The notes: generated by a model from the letters alone, not told the origin. DNA of 64,000 nucleotides from an uncultured Candidatus Saccharibacteria bacterium (GCA_964350165.1 CAYGJA010000001.1:174545-238544), one strand, 5' to 3'; shown: positions 9,028 through 19,066, counted from the first letter of the stretch. Made by a program: numbers and translations.

Positions 9028-10986
9028 TTGCACCATACTGACCCCATAATGAATGAAACAAATGAACTTCCTCATAAAATAATTGGTATTTATAATCTAG
9101 GCCGCAATGGCCTTGGCTATGTTCGTAATCGCGACCTGGACATCAGTATCGAGGTCCCCGCTCACGAACGACGCACCGCCATGAACAAAGACGAGGTGGA
9201 GGTGGAAATCACCGAAACCCCAACCGACAGCCTCCCCAACGGGCGCGTTATTCGAATCCTCAAAAGATCCAAGCACGGCTATGCCGGCATTATCATCAAA
9301 CACAAAGACGGTTTTGCCGTCGAACCCAGCCACGCCAAAGACGACATTACTATTATTGTAGACTCCATTCCTGCCGACGCAGTAATCGGCAGCAAGGTAT
9401 ATGCCGAAGTAACTGATTGGAACGACGATGGCACCACCGAAGTAGAAGGGATTATCAAAAAAGTCCTCGGCCAACCAGGAGACAACGATGCCGAAATGAT
9501 GTCATTTGCCTTGGAAAAAGGCTTCGACGACGACTTCCCTCCTGCAGTACTAAAAGAAGCCGAAGAGATTCGCGCTAATCATTCCATTGCCGCTGGCGAA
9601 GCCACTCGTCGCGATTTGCGCGACCGGGTGCTCTTTACCATCGATCCCGAAGACGCCAAGGACTTTGACGATGCCCTATCGGTCAAAGACCTAGGAGATG
9701 GAAAATACGAAATCGGAATTCACATTGCCGATGTGGCCCATTTTGTCCGCCCCAATTCCGAACTCGATCGCGAAGCCCGGGAACGCGCCACTTCGGTCTA
9801 CCTCGTCGACCGGACCGTACCGATGCTGCCAGAAGTTCTATCCAATGACCTGTGTTCGCTGAATGCCAACGAAGACAAGTTTGCCTTCTCGGCCGTGTTC
9901 ACCATGACCCCCGACGGAGCCGTCCATGACGAATGGTATGGCCGGTCTATCATCCATTCCAAAAAACGCTTTACTTACGAAGAAGCCCAAGACGTCATGG
10001 ATGCTGGTTCGGGAATTTTCTATGACGAACTGACACTGATGAACAGCATGGCCAAAAAACTAGCCGCGGCTCGTTTTGCTGCCGGTGCTATCGACATGGA
10101 TCAGGACGAGGTCAAGTTTCTCCTCGATGACAAGGGGCACCCCGTAGACCTTTTCATCAAAAAACGTCAGGACACGAACAAGATGATTGAGGAATTCATG
10201 CTCCTCGCCAATCGCAAGGTTGCCAAGTATATGTCCGAACGGACCAAGCAGACTGTTTTCGTCTATCGTATCCACGACAAGCCGGACCTGGACCGAGTCG
10301 CCAACCTCCGTCAATTCCTAGGACAATTGGGCTACAAAGTGGGAATCAAGAACGGCGTTATTCCGGCCGAAGAACTGCAACATGTCTTGTCCCAAGCTGG
10401 CAGCAAGGATGAAAAAGACACTATCCAGACCGCCATTATCCGGAGCATGGCCAAAGCCATCTATTCTACCGAGAACCATGGTCACTACGGACTGGCCTTT
10501 CATTACTATACCCACTTCACCTCGCCTATTCGTCGCTATCCGGACATTATGGTGCACCGCTTGCTCGCAACGGTCCTAGCCGAAAAGCCAATCGATCCAA
10601 AACTCGTCGGCGAATACAAAAGCCTGGCCCAGCATTCTTCGGATCGCGAACGAGACGCACAATATGCCGAATGGGATTCAATCAAATACAAACAAGTCGA
10701 ATATATGGCTGATCGTATCGGTCAGGAATTCGAAGGCATCATTACCGGTATGAACAAAAACGGATTGTTTGTGTCCGAGAAAAAATCAAAAGCCGACGGC
10801 ATGGTACACGTCACCAACCTCCCTGGAGACTTCTGGAAATTCGACCAAGACAAATTCGTCATGCGTGGCCAGCGTACCGGACATGTCTACAAAATCAGCG
10901 ACATCATTCCAATCCGGGTCAAAGGTGCCAACATCGAAAAACTCCAAATCGATTACGAAGTACCGATGAAGAAAAAAACACAATAA
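9028..10986 (+). CDS. rnr: Ribonuclease R / RNase II family exoribonuclease (RNB domain + C-terminal S1)
   Basis: Central RNB catalytic block (DFDDALS..., IHIADVAHFV). A C-terminal S1-like domain is present (GIITGMNKNGLFVS). 652 aa. Confidence 0.9.
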   Translation: MHHTDPIMNETNELPHKIIGIYNLGRNGLGYVRNRDLDISIEVPAHERRTAMNKDEVEVEITETPTDSLPNGRVIRILKRSKHGYAGIIIKHKDGFAVEPSHAKDDITIIVDSIPADAVIGSKVYAEVTDWNDDGTTEVEGIIKKVLGQPGDNDAEMMSFALEKGFDDDFPPAVLKEAEEIRANHSIAAGEATRRDLRDRVLFTIDPEDAKDFDDALSVKDLGDGKYEIGIHIADVAHFVRPNSELDREARERATSVYLVDRTVPMLPEVLSNDLCSLNANEDKFAFSAVFTMTPDGAVHDEWYGRSIIHSKKRFTYEEAQDVMDAGSGIFYDELTLMNSMAKKLAAARFAAGAIDMDQDEVKFLLDDKGHPVDLFIKKRQDTNKMIEEFMLLANRKVAKYMSERTKQTVFVYRIHDKPDLDRVANLRQFLGQLGYKVGIKNGVIPAEELQHVLSQAGSKDEKDTIQTAIIRSMAKAIYSTENHGHYGLAFHYYTHFTSPIRRYPDIMVHRLLATVLAEKPIDPKLVGEYKSLAQHSSDRERDAQYAEWDSIKYKQVEYMADRIGQEFEGIITGMNKNGLFVSEKKSKADGMVHVTNLPGDFWKFDQDKFVMRGQRTGHVYKISDIIPIRVKGANIEKLQIDYEVPMKKKTQ

Positions 10987-10991
10987 AAAAG

Positions 10992-11034
10992 AAACACCCT
11001 GGAATTTGCTCCGCAAATTCCAGGGTGTTTTTAT
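10992..11034. terminator. Rho-independent terminator (bidirectional) after rnr
   Basis: Perfect 16-bp stem aacaccctggaatttg/caaattccagggtgtt with loop ctccg. A T-run follows and an A-run precedes it. Confidence 0.8.
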
Positions 11035-11498
11035 GCCACCCACGCCATCACCACCATATCCAAAAAACGCGGCGGCCCCTTCAATTGGTGATCTTGTTTC
11101 CATTCCAAAATGGAATGATTACCACAGGTCATCAGCATGGTACAGATGGTCAGATAGTTCAGTCCGATGACAAAACCCACAAATATCGGCCGCAACCAGA
11201 GGTATACCAGGACAAAGCCCCCGGCCACCATCAGACTGCTGACAATATTCAACACCAGGTCACCAACGCCAGGCTTTGATTTTGGCGGCACGGCCAACAC
11301 CCGCGACCAGACAAAGGCAATGACCCCAAACAAAAGCACGAGCGCGAGTGGCAACAATCCACCCCAGAACAGCTGCGCAGGCTCTTCATGCTGGTGGAAT
11401 CGCACAAACACAAACCAGGTGCTCTCTATCCAGACAAGAACGGCCAAGAACGTGGCCCGAAGAATGATCCGGGCAATCTTTGTTTTTTCCATAATCAA
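11031..11498 (-). CDS. hypothetical integral membrane protein (about 4 TM)
   Basis: Hydrophobic segments throughout. No recognizable motif. Confidence 0.5.
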   Translation of the reverse strand: MIMEKTKIARIILRATFLAVLVWIESTWFVFVRFHQHEEPAQLFWGGLLPLALVLLFGVIAFVWSRVLAVPPKSKPGVGDLVLNIVSSLMVAGGFVLVYLWLRPIFVGFVIGLNYLTICTMLMTCGNHSILEWKQDHQLKGPPRFLDMVVMAWVA

Positions 11499-11621
11499 AT
11501 TAGTATGTATGTTTTCTTGGTTGTACGCGCTAGAAAAAATTTGTCAAAAAAATATGACCTCAGAAACTATTCCTGAGGCCATGCCCTTTTCTGGGTCTTT
11601 TGTTTGTTTTATGGTTTCTTT

Positions 11622-13208
11622 TTATTTTTTCTTTTCTTGGAGGCGCTTTTTTGATACCACCTTTTTCTTAGGTGGAGGAAGTCTCAGTTCACTCAAGTTG
11701 ACCCGGAAGTCAACGGCAACAAGCCGATCAGGCGCGTGTCGCCAGCCTCCATCTGGGTTCTCAAGAACGTACTTGAAGGCGTCGTTGCCTTCAGTAGCAG
11801 ATCCACTTATTCCTATTGACCCCCACTTAGCCTGGACACCCACCTCCGCACCAAGCATGCCAACCCTTCTTTCAGGTCCTTGATATGTGTCGGTGGGAGA
11901 TTTTAGCTCTATATTTGAATTCTCCTGGTTAGCCAGGGTGAACTCAAATCCGCCTTTGACTCCAAAGTATCCACGAATCTGGCCTTTGCCAAAATAGTAG
12001 CGGATCCCCAATTGAGTGGTTGCGATAGTACGCTCTTCTCCTCTCCAGTAGGTTAGAGGAAGACCTGTCACAGGATCGCGCAGTCTCCGCAAGCGTGACC
12101 AATCAAAAGGATAATCATTGGTAGCATTTTGCTCGATCATGGCAATATCAACAGCCCCGGTGACCGCGAAGTTTCTATGCACAAAATAGGAGATATTCAC
12201 GCCAGCCCCAAAGCCTTGATTAGTTGTTTGACCATTCCGAAAGTAGTACCCACCCCCTGCTTGAAGAAGGAATCTTTGGATTGGTTCTGGAAACGACATG
12301 ACCGAGTCAATGTCAGCCTTATTGACATCATCTTCTCCACAGCAAGTGATCACGAAGTGATCGTGCACCCTCAGGGAATCTCCCGCAACACCCCAGCCTT
12401 GAAACTGAGCAGTGTCCCCCTGGGACGATGTCACGAAGAGATCCACATAGGTGCCGTATCCACCACCAAGGCGAGCCGTGGAACCAGCAGGAATCTCCTT
12501 TACTATCTCCCGAACTGATCCAGTGTCGCGATATACAGTATCATGCACAACCGTAACCCCTCCACCATTAAATGGCTCTGGGCAGGGTTCAGTGCCAGCA
12601 TCTGAATTGCCACCTTTTGTGCTTTGATCACAGGATAGATGAATCTTACCTGCCTCAGCTGGTGACAGCCAGTCTTTGGAATCAGGCTTGCTGTTAAACG
12701 GCTCCCAGCCGCGCAATGTTAGCTTTTCGCCATCTACCAATGGGGCAAGCCAGGTTCTGCCGGGATGTAGGTACACAACGGTCTTGCTGGTGTCACCTGA
12801 AGGCAACTTAACCAGCTTGAGATAGCCGTAGACGCCGTCAACAGTTCGGAAGCCTTGGTAGCCCACGTTGGGTGAACACACCAAAACATCCAAAACAGTA
12901 TCACCGCAGATGGCGAAGAGTCCGGCTGCCAATGCGATGCGCTCAGCGCGGTTGCTGCCGAGGTTATACGCCTGGAGCATCTGGTGAAGCTCGTTGTCGT
13001 ACTTCCAAGAGCGGTACAGACGGGCTGCAGCATGTGCTGTCGCGTCCCACGCGATTGCGGGGTCGCCCAGGTCATTAGTGGCGACGGTCACAGTGCAGCC
13101 GGCATCAGCCTGGATGGTGGTAGTGAAATCTTGCGCCGCGAGCTGCGACACAAAGGCGAAAATCAAGATGACCATCCCGGCCAGAGCTTGAAAGAAAGAT
13201 TGTTTCAT
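11622..13208 (-). CDS. hypothetical secreted protein (N-terminal signal peptide), 528 aa
   Basis: Signal-peptide-like N-terminus MKQSFFQALAGMVILIFAFVSQLAAQ. A Gly/Thr-rich body suggests a beta-rich exported protein. Lys-rich C-terminus. Confidence 0.55.
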   Translation of the reverse strand: MKQSFFQALAGMVILIFAFVSQLAAQDFTTTIQADAGCTVTVATNDLGDPAIAWDATAHAAARLYRSWKYDNELHQMLQAYNLGSNRAERIALAAGLFAICGDTVLDVLVCSPNVGYQGFRTVDGVYGYLKLVKLPSGDTSKTVVYLHPGRTWLAPLVDGEKLTLRGWEPFNSKPDSKDWLSPAEAGKIHLSCDQSTKGGNSDAGTEPCPEPFNGGGVTVVHDTVYRDTGSVREIVKEIPAGSTARLGGGYGTYVDLFVTSSQGDTAQFQGWGVAGDSLRVHDHFVITCCGEDDVNKADIDSVMSFPEPIQRFLLQAGGGYYFRNGQTTNQGFGAGVNISYFVHRNFAVTGAVDIAMIEQNATNDYPFDWSRLRRLRDPVTGLPLTYWRGEERTIATTQLGIRYYFGKGQIRGYFGVKGGFEFTLANQENSNIELKSPTDTYQGPERRVGMLGAEVGVQAKWGSIGISGSATEGNDAFKYVLENPDGGWRHAPDRLVAVDFRVNLSELRLPPPKKKVVSKKRLQEKKK

Positions 13209-13374
13209 TTTGCTTCTTTGTTAAAGATTTTGCCACATATCAACATTATTTTGACAAATTGTCAAACATGTCGGCTATCGAAAAAACAGCCCGATCAATG
13301 CTGTAAGATGCAAAAAAATAGTATAGCCACCAATAGATTGGTGGCTTAGAAATATTTTTGCTTCTGTTTGTAAG

Positions 13375-13417
13375 AAAGGGCGTCGGACACTCTGTCCGGC
13401 GACCCTTTTTATTTTTT
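13375..13417. terminator. hairpin terminator downstream of smc (bidirectional)
   Basis: gggcgtcggacactctgtccggcgaccc stem-loop flanked by T-runs on both strands. Confidence 0.6.
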
Positions 13418-15703
13418 GGCAGTGGCAATGGCTTCTTCTAATTTGAGCGACAATACCTGGGATACTCCACTGGCATGCATGGTCACCCCATACAGATTCT
13501 GTGCGCGGGACATCGTCTCGCGATTGTGGGTCACCACAATCAATTGCGCGACTTTTGATAATTCTTCTAGCATGTCTCCATACCGGCGCGAATTGGCCTC
13601 ATCCAGAGCAGCGTCGGTTTCGTCTAATACTAAAAATGGCGGCGGGTTCACCTGAGACAAAGCAAACAAGAGCGCAATCGACGTCAGCGATCGCTCCCCG
13701 CCGGATAGCATGTCTATCTCGGCGACTTTTTTGTTGGGCAATTTTACCCTGATAGCAATTCCAATGTCTTGCTTTTGTTCTTCTTCCAATTCCTCGTCGT
13801 CTGCCTTTTTTCTTTTTTTGATAATTACGGTCTCCAGGTTTGCTCGGCCACCCCCAAACATGGCGGTAAAGAATTGATGAAAATATTTGCTGATCTCATC
13901 GATACCCTGGATGAACGAAGTCCGGATGTGTTCCTCCAGTTCGGTGTGCAAGTCGGTGAGCTTGGCAATGGTTTCTGACAAATCCGTAAGTTCTCGGGCG
14001 AGGAACTGATCACGCTCTTCGGCCTCCTGATATGCCTCGACCACTTCACGTCCACCACCGGCTCCCATGTCTTCTAGTTTTAGTTTTTTGCGTTCTAATT
14101 CGCGGCGACGGTCAGACAGGTCCTTCTCCAGTTCTGGCCCCGTCTGCACATCAGCATTGGGAGAAAATTGCTTGACCCCCTGGCCAATCAGCACCACCCC
14201 TTCTTCGATTTCTGTCTGGAAACGCTCCTCGCGCAGGCGAAGGTCTTGTTGTTTGGCGTCATGATATTCTAGCGCTGTGCTGATCTGATCGATCTCGGAC
14301 CGGACGTTGATCAGTTCTCGTTCGGATTGATTGCGTTCTTGTTCGCGGACACGAAGGTCCTCCTGGAGCAGACTTAGTTTGTGCTGGGCATCAGCCAACA
14401 GCTGTTCATGATCCCGTTTGGTTTTGGTTGCCGTAGTCAGACTGCTTTCTAATTCCCCCAGCTGTGCCTCCAGTCGCACCAACATGCCAAATTCTTGCGG
14501 CCGAGCGGTCTTTTTGGCAGGGGTAACCTTGGTCCAAAAATCCTCAATCATCGTAACCAAATCCCCCATCCCCACGTGGAGAGCCGCCAGAGAAGATTCG
14601 CTTTCTAGGGTTTTTGCCTTGTTCATAATGGCTTCGGTCAGATGCCGGACATCGCTACTGGCCAACTGCAAATCTGACTCTTCTATTTCTTTGGCTAGGG
14701 CCTCGCTCTCGGTTCGGAATGATCGCAAGGATTCCTGGAGTCCCGCCAAGCGTCCCTCGATCAAACCAGCCTCGCGCTCACTGGCCCGCAGGTCTTGTTC
14801 GACTTTTTGGACCACCCTTTTTTGTTCGGTAACCTGGTCACGCAAATCATGCGCCGTTTGGCTATCTACAATCTGCTGTAGTCTCGTTTTTTCGCCTCTG
14901 GCGTAATCGCCGCGCTCTATGAGCTGATTCCTCTCTTTGGCCAACAAAACCTTTCTATCGCGCAAATAAGCGTATTCCAGGGACAGATACTCCCGATACT
15001 CTTCGGCTAGTTGCTGGCGGAGAGCTTTGGCTTTTTCGATGCGCTCCATTTCTCGCTTGAGGTATCGCAGATGGGGCGACAATTCTTTGCGCTGCAAATC
15101 AACCTCGCGCATATTCTGCGTAGATTTTTCCAATTTGCGTTCAGCGTCTTTCATGCGGAACTGATAGACCTTGAGCCCCAAAGCATCCTCTATCATTTCG
15201 CGTCGCTCACGCGAGCTAGCCGTCAGCACCCGGTCGGCCTCCCCTTGAGAAATAATATGATGACCCGAAGTGCCGATATTTACCGAAGCAATTAGTTCGT
15301 GTACGTCCCGCAGGCGCACAGGAGAATTATTTATTCTGTATTCAGCGGCGCCGTCCTGATGTACCGTACGGCTAACAGAGATAGTATCAAAGCCTAATTC
15401 CACCGCCGAATTGTCGTCGTTGTGTATTTGGAACGCACGATCAGTATTATCAAATTCAATCGTAACCTCGGCCCGATTGCCGCGCTTTACATCATCAGAA
15501 CCTTTGAAAATAAGATCCGAAGACTGCTTGCTGCGCAAAGACTTATTGGATTGTTCACCCAAAACAAAACGCATGGCTTCGACCACGTTTGATTTTCCAG
15601 AACCATTGGGGCCAACCACCGCAGAAATAGGCTCATCAAAAATAAGCTCGGTTTTGTTGGCAAAAGATTTAAAACCCAACAGGGTTACTTTTCGCAATCT
15701 CAC
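13409..15703 (-). CDS. smc: chromosome segregation SMC-family ATPase (short form, 764 aa)
   Basis: N-terminal Walker A GPNGSGKSN and FKSF motif. C-terminal signature LSGGERSLTSIALLFAL plus Walker B/D-loop LVLDETDAALD. Coiled-coil middle. Confidence 0.85.
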   Translation of the reverse strand: MRLRKVTLLGFKSFANKTELIFDEPISAVVGPNGSGKSNVVEAMRFVLGEQSNKSLRSKQSSDLIFKGSDDVKRGNRAEVTIEFDNTDRAFQIHNDDNSAVELGFDTISVSRTVHQDGAAEYRINNSPVRLRDVHELIASVNIGTSGHHIISQGEADRVLTASSRERREMIEDALGLKVYQFRMKDAERKLEKSTQNMREVDLQRKELSPHLRYLKREMERIEKAKALRQQLAEEYREYLSLEYAYLRDRKVLLAKERNQLIERGDYARGEKTRLQQIVDSQTAHDLRDQVTEQKRVVQKVEQDLRASEREAGLIEGRLAGLQESLRSFRTESEALAKEIEESDLQLASSDVRHLTEAIMNKAKTLESESSLAALHVGMGDLVTMIEDFWTKVTPAKKTARPQEFGMLVRLEAQLGELESSLTTATKTKRDHEQLLADAQHKLSLLQEDLRVREQERNQSERELINVRSEIDQISTALEYHDAKQQDLRLREERFQTEIEEGVVLIGQGVKQFSPNADVQTGPELEKDLSDRRRELERKKLKLEDMGAGGGREVVEAYQEAEERDQFLARELTDLSETIAKLTDLHTELEEHIRTSFIQGIDEISKYFHQFFTAMFGGGRANLETVIIKKRKKADDEELEEEQKQDIGIAIRVKLPNKKVAEIDMLSGGERSLTSIALLFALSQVNPPPFLVLDETDAALDEANSRRYGDMLEELSKVAQLIVVTHNRETMSRAQNLYGVTMHASGVSQVLSLKLEEAIATAKK

Positions 15704-15724
15704 TGTCCTAGTATAGCAGGAGTC

Positions 15725-16432
15725 CTACTTGGTTGTTTGTGCAATTGCGGCTTCGGCGGCTGCTTGTTGAGCATCCTGCTTGCTGCGACCAGTACCCTCG
15801 GCTATTTTTTCGGACTCAAAGAATATCCCCACCACAAACACCTTGTCGTGGTCAGGGCCGTCATCACTGAGGACTTCGTAGGTTGGCGTAACACCGCGAT
15901 GTTCCTGGGCCCACTCCTGAATTCGGCTCTTGGGGTCTTTGTGGGAACCATCCTCGACAATAGCGTCAATTCTCGGATACAGAATCTTGGAAACAAAGAC
16001 TTCGGCCGCTTCGTAACCAACGTCCATATACAGCGCCCCCAATACTGCCTCGAAGGTATTTGCCAGAATATGTTCACGGGCACGGCTGTTCTCGTCCTTG
16101 GATTCACCTTTGGAGAGCAGCAGATAGTCGTTCATGTGCGTGTCCACCGCCGCCTCAGCTAGGCTCTTGGTGTTGACCAGAGCGGCTCGATACGCCGTCA
16201 ATTCCCCTTCTGGTTGGTTGGGGTATTTTTCGAACAAGTATCGCGTAATAATCAATTCCAGAACGGCATCACCGAGGAATTCTAGACGCTCGTTGTGGCT
16301 CCAGGGTGCGCCCGGGTTTTCGTTTACATACGATCGGTGAGTGAATGCCTGAGCCAACAGCTCCCAATTTGTAAACTGGAAGTCATGCCGATTGGCAAAG
16401 TCCTGCACCGTAAATATTGGATTTTCTGTCAT
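15725..16432 (-). CDS. rnc: ribonuclease III
   Basis: RNase III signature ERLEFLGDAVLEL. C-terminal dsRBD-like region (AKSKQDAQQAAA). Confidence 0.93.
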   Translation of the reverse strand: MTENPIFTVQDFANRHDFQFTNWELLAQAFTHRSYVNENPGAPWSHNERLEFLGDAVLELIITRYLFEKYPNQPEGELTAYRAALVNTKSLAEAAVDTHMNDYLLLSKGESKDENSRAREHILANTFEAVLGALYMDVGYEAAEVFVSKILYPRIDAIVEDGSHKDPKSRIQEWAQEHRGVTPTYEVLSDDGPDHDKVFVVGIFFESEKIAEGTGRSKQDAQQAAAEAAIAQTTK

Positions 16433-16505
16433 AGATTTATAGTTGGGGCCGTACTACACTGGTGCCAAAAAAGTTAGCACAAGTGGAGTAACGCCACGTT
16501 ATTAG

Positions 16506-17414
16506 TTATTGGTCAGAACTAACAATGATTTCGATAGCCTTGGTTATCATCTCGGTAATATCGTTGTACATTGTTAATTCTGGTACTTCTTCTAACTTAA
16601 ACCAGCGGGTATCGTCAAGTCCGCCGGAATCTTTTATCAGTTTGAGTGGCTGATAGTTTGATTTGCCTAAGAAATATTTGACCTGTTTTCGAACTGGTCC
16701 TCGCTTGGGATGGTTGGCGAGGTATTCGTTCTCGCCAAGCTTGGAGGCAATAACGGTCTCGATAGAAATCTCTTCGCGAATAGCTCGGGCAGCTGCTTCT
16801 TCGGGGGTTTCGTCTTCGTGGACAGTGCTTTTTGACAGCGTCCAATAACCAAACACATCATGAACCATCGCCAAGCGCACATCGCCGTTGTCATCAATGG
16901 CGTATACCACCGTGCCGGCTTTTTGATCGATGGGCAAATCCTCCATTTCTTCGGGAGTGAGTTCCCCGCGGCGACCTTTTTGGTCTTTGCCTGGTTCGCC
17001 GATTTCTCGATAGACCGCCCCCAGAACGCCGTTCACAAATCGGCCACTGTTTTCTCCACCAAAAGACTTGGCCAGTTCGATGGCTTCGTTGATGGCTACT
17101 TTTGGTGGAACTTGATCACGATCACCAAAAAGGAGCTCGTACAGACCGAGCCGCAAAACGTTGCGATCAACAATAGCGATTTTATCAAGCGGCCAATCAG
17201 GGGCGGCCTTCTCGATGATCTCGTCAATTATTTTTTGTTTTTTTGTGATTCCTACAACTAGAGCTTCGAGGAATTCGGTTTCTTCCATGCCGGGGCCAAA
17301 CTCGTCGATGTTGCGATGCAAAATAGCCACCACCTCTTCATTGGGGTGATCTTTGAAATCCCATTCGAATAGGGACTGCATTACAATTGAACGTGCAAGG
17401 TGCCGATTAGACAT
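16506..17414 (-). CDS. nusB: NusB antitermination factor fused to C-terminal NUDIX hydrolase domain
   Basis: N-terminal ~140 aa match NusB (RHLARSIVMQSLFEWDF...AINEAIELAKSFGGENSGRFVNGVL). The C-terminal ~150 aa carry a divergent Nudix box (E-x7-RAIREEISIE). Confidence 0.8.
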   Translation of the reverse strand: MSNRHLARSIVMQSLFEWDFKDHPNEEVVAILHRNIDEFGPGMEETEFLEALVVGITKKQKIIDEIIEKAAPDWPLDKIAIVDRNVLRLGLYELLFGDRDQVPPKVAINEAIELAKSFGGENSGRFVNGVLGAVYREIGEPGKDQKGRRGELTPEEMEDLPIDQKAGTVVYAIDDNGDVRLAMVHDVFGYWTLSKSTVHEDETPEEAAARAIREEISIETVIASKLGENEYLANHPKRGPVRKQVKYFLGKSNYQPLKLIKDSGGLDDTRWFKLEEVPELTMYNDITEMITKAIEIIVSSDQ

Positions 17415-17475
17415 AGAAATAACTACCCATTAACTTTGGTTAGTGTAGCACAACAAAAAAAGAGGGTGTGGACAA

Positions 17476-17730
17476 TTACTTGTCGTCCTTTTTCTTGGAA
17501 TCTTTGACGGCCTTGGTGTCTACTTCTTTAGAAGCCTTGATAGCTTTATCGTGCTTCTTTTCGACTTTCTTGGCAACGTCAATGATTTGTTTGCCGCGAT
17601 ACATACCAGTCTCGGTACATACTCGGTGACGCATGTGCACCGTTCCGGTATTTGTGTCCTTCGACAAAGTCACCGGGTCCACTCCATGATGAGAGCGTCG
17701 GTTGCGCGTATGAGATTTTGTGTGTCGCAT
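17476..17730 (-). CDS. rpmF: 50S ribosomal protein L32 with Lys-rich C-terminal tail
   Basis: MRHTKSHTRNRRSHHGV...HMRHRVC.ETGMYRGKQI follows the L32 consensus (RRSH...H.VC..G.YRG). The Cys pairs of zinc-ribbon L32 are replaced here. A K-rich tail follows. Confidence 0.7.
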   Translation of the reverse strand: MRHTKSHTRNRRSHHGVDPVTLSKDTNTGTVHMRHRVCTETGMYRGKQIIDVAKKVEKKHDKAIKASKEVDTKAVKDSKKKDDK

Positions 17731-17796
17731 GCGAATTACCATACAAAGGCGGATTATACGCACCGCACGGAAAAATGCAACGCCCAAGCTGTCTCT

Positions 17797-18402
17797 CTAA
17801 AGATTCCGCAAGAAACTCGTTCGATGCAGAACAGATGTTCCGTGTTCTCGCAAGGCTTGGTAGTGCGCTTTTGTTCCATAACCTTTGTGCTTTTCAAATC
17901 CATACAAGGGGAAATCTTTTGCATAGGCAATCATCTTATTATCTCGGTGAACCTTGGCCACAATAGACGCTGCCCCGATCAACCACTCCGATTGATCACC
18001 TTTGATTATTGTTTCTTGGTGTAGGTATTTCTTTGGAGCTTTCAGTCCCCCATCTAGCAAGACCAGGGTCTCGGACGGATCAAGTTCTAGTTGACTCAAT
18101 GCCTCATCTAGCGCCCGAAGCAATGCTGGCACAATCCCAACAATGTCTATATCGACAGCAGTACTGCTGGCAATCGAACTGCGCAGGCGCTTATCTTTAT
18201 TCAGCTCCTCGGCGATTATGGATCTTTTTTTAGGAGTGATTTTTTTGGAATCAGTAACATTAAGCTGGTCACTACATAGCTGTGCATATTCATCGACAGA
18301 ACAAACACACGCGCCAACAGTTACCGGTCCAGCAATGGGTCCGCGACCAACCTCATCAACACCTACCATCCATTTTATATTTGGTGACAACACGCCAATC
18401 AT
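17797..18402 (-). CDS. rnhB: ribonuclease HII
   Basis: VGVDEVGRGPIAGPVTVGACV is the RNase HII active-site motif. Start chosen at the internal Met. Confidence 0.88.
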   Translation of the reverse strand: MIGVLSPNIKWMVGVDEVGRGPIAGPVTVGACVCSVDEYAQLCSDQLNVTDSKKITPKKRSIIAEELNKDKRLRSSIASSTAVDIDIVGIVPALLRALDEALSQLELDPSETLVLLDGGLKAPKKYLHQETIIKGDQSEWLIGAASIVAKVHRDNKMIAYAKDFPLYGFEKHKGYGTKAHYQALREHGTSVLHRTSFLRNL

Positions 18403-18448
18403 GCGCCGAGTATAGCACCGCGCGCTCCTGAATTGATATTGGTATACT

Positions 18449-19066
18449 TTGATCATGAAAAAAATTGGAACCGGCTACTTTTATAATGTTTTTCAAAAAA
18501 CAAGCACTCGCGTCCTAAAAAAACAAAAAAATTTTCTAGACATTACCCGCGATGAAAAGATAAAAAACATTCCCGCCGTGCTGAGGCAAAATAAAATAGT
18601 CAAAAAAAATACAGAGATAATCAAAAATAAACTTAAAAACAAGATACTCGCAAAACAATTAGGTAACCCAAATTTTGTTTCCCGTTTTAATTATGAGCAA
18701 GACCGCGCTCTTTTGCTGATGGATTATTTTGACACACACTCCCTAGATCAAAACAAGCAAGCCATTGATGCCTATCTCGACCTCACTCTAGAATTATTAG
18801 ACTTTGGTATTCATGATTACGTGTACAAATTCAAGAACAGTTATGGTTTTAACAGCAAAGGAGACCTTCTTTTTATCGATTTTAACGAAGTTGTTTTTTC
18901 AAAAAAAGAAATTCTTGATTATGTTTCTAGAAAACATTGGCTACAAGAAGCTCAGTATCGAAAATTTTCAGAAGGACCACTCAAGAAATATATTTTTGAA
19001 CAATTTGAAGCACGTCTAAACACTGCTGTTGTGGAGGAGCGATTTGAATCACAACTGGAAAACTAG
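18449..19066 (+). CDS. hypothetical protein, possible atypical small kinase-like fold, in an AT-rich segment
   Basis: GIHDYVYKFKNSYGFNSKGDLLFIDFNE resembles the H-x-D...N...DF(G/E) catalytic core of APH/Kdo-kinase-like atypical kinases. Local GC is clearly lower than the flanks. Confidence 0.4.
   Translation: MIMKKIGTGYFYNVFQKTSTRVLKKQKNFLDITRDEKIKNIPAVLRQNKIVKKNTEIIKNKLKNKILAKQLGNPNFVSRFNYEQDRALLLMDYFDTHSLDQNKQAIDAYLDLTLELLDFGIHDYVYKFKNSYGFNSKGDLLFIDFNEVVFSKKEILDYVSRKHWLQEAQYRKFSEGPLKKYIFEQFEARLNTAVVEERFESQLEN

Noticed and set aside
11025-11883. Overlapping plus-strand ORFs (84 aa and 238 aa) opposite the membrane-protein and secreted-protein genes
   Set aside because: Pro/Thr/Arg-rich low-complexity translations antisense to better-supported minus-strand genes. 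Shadow ORFs.
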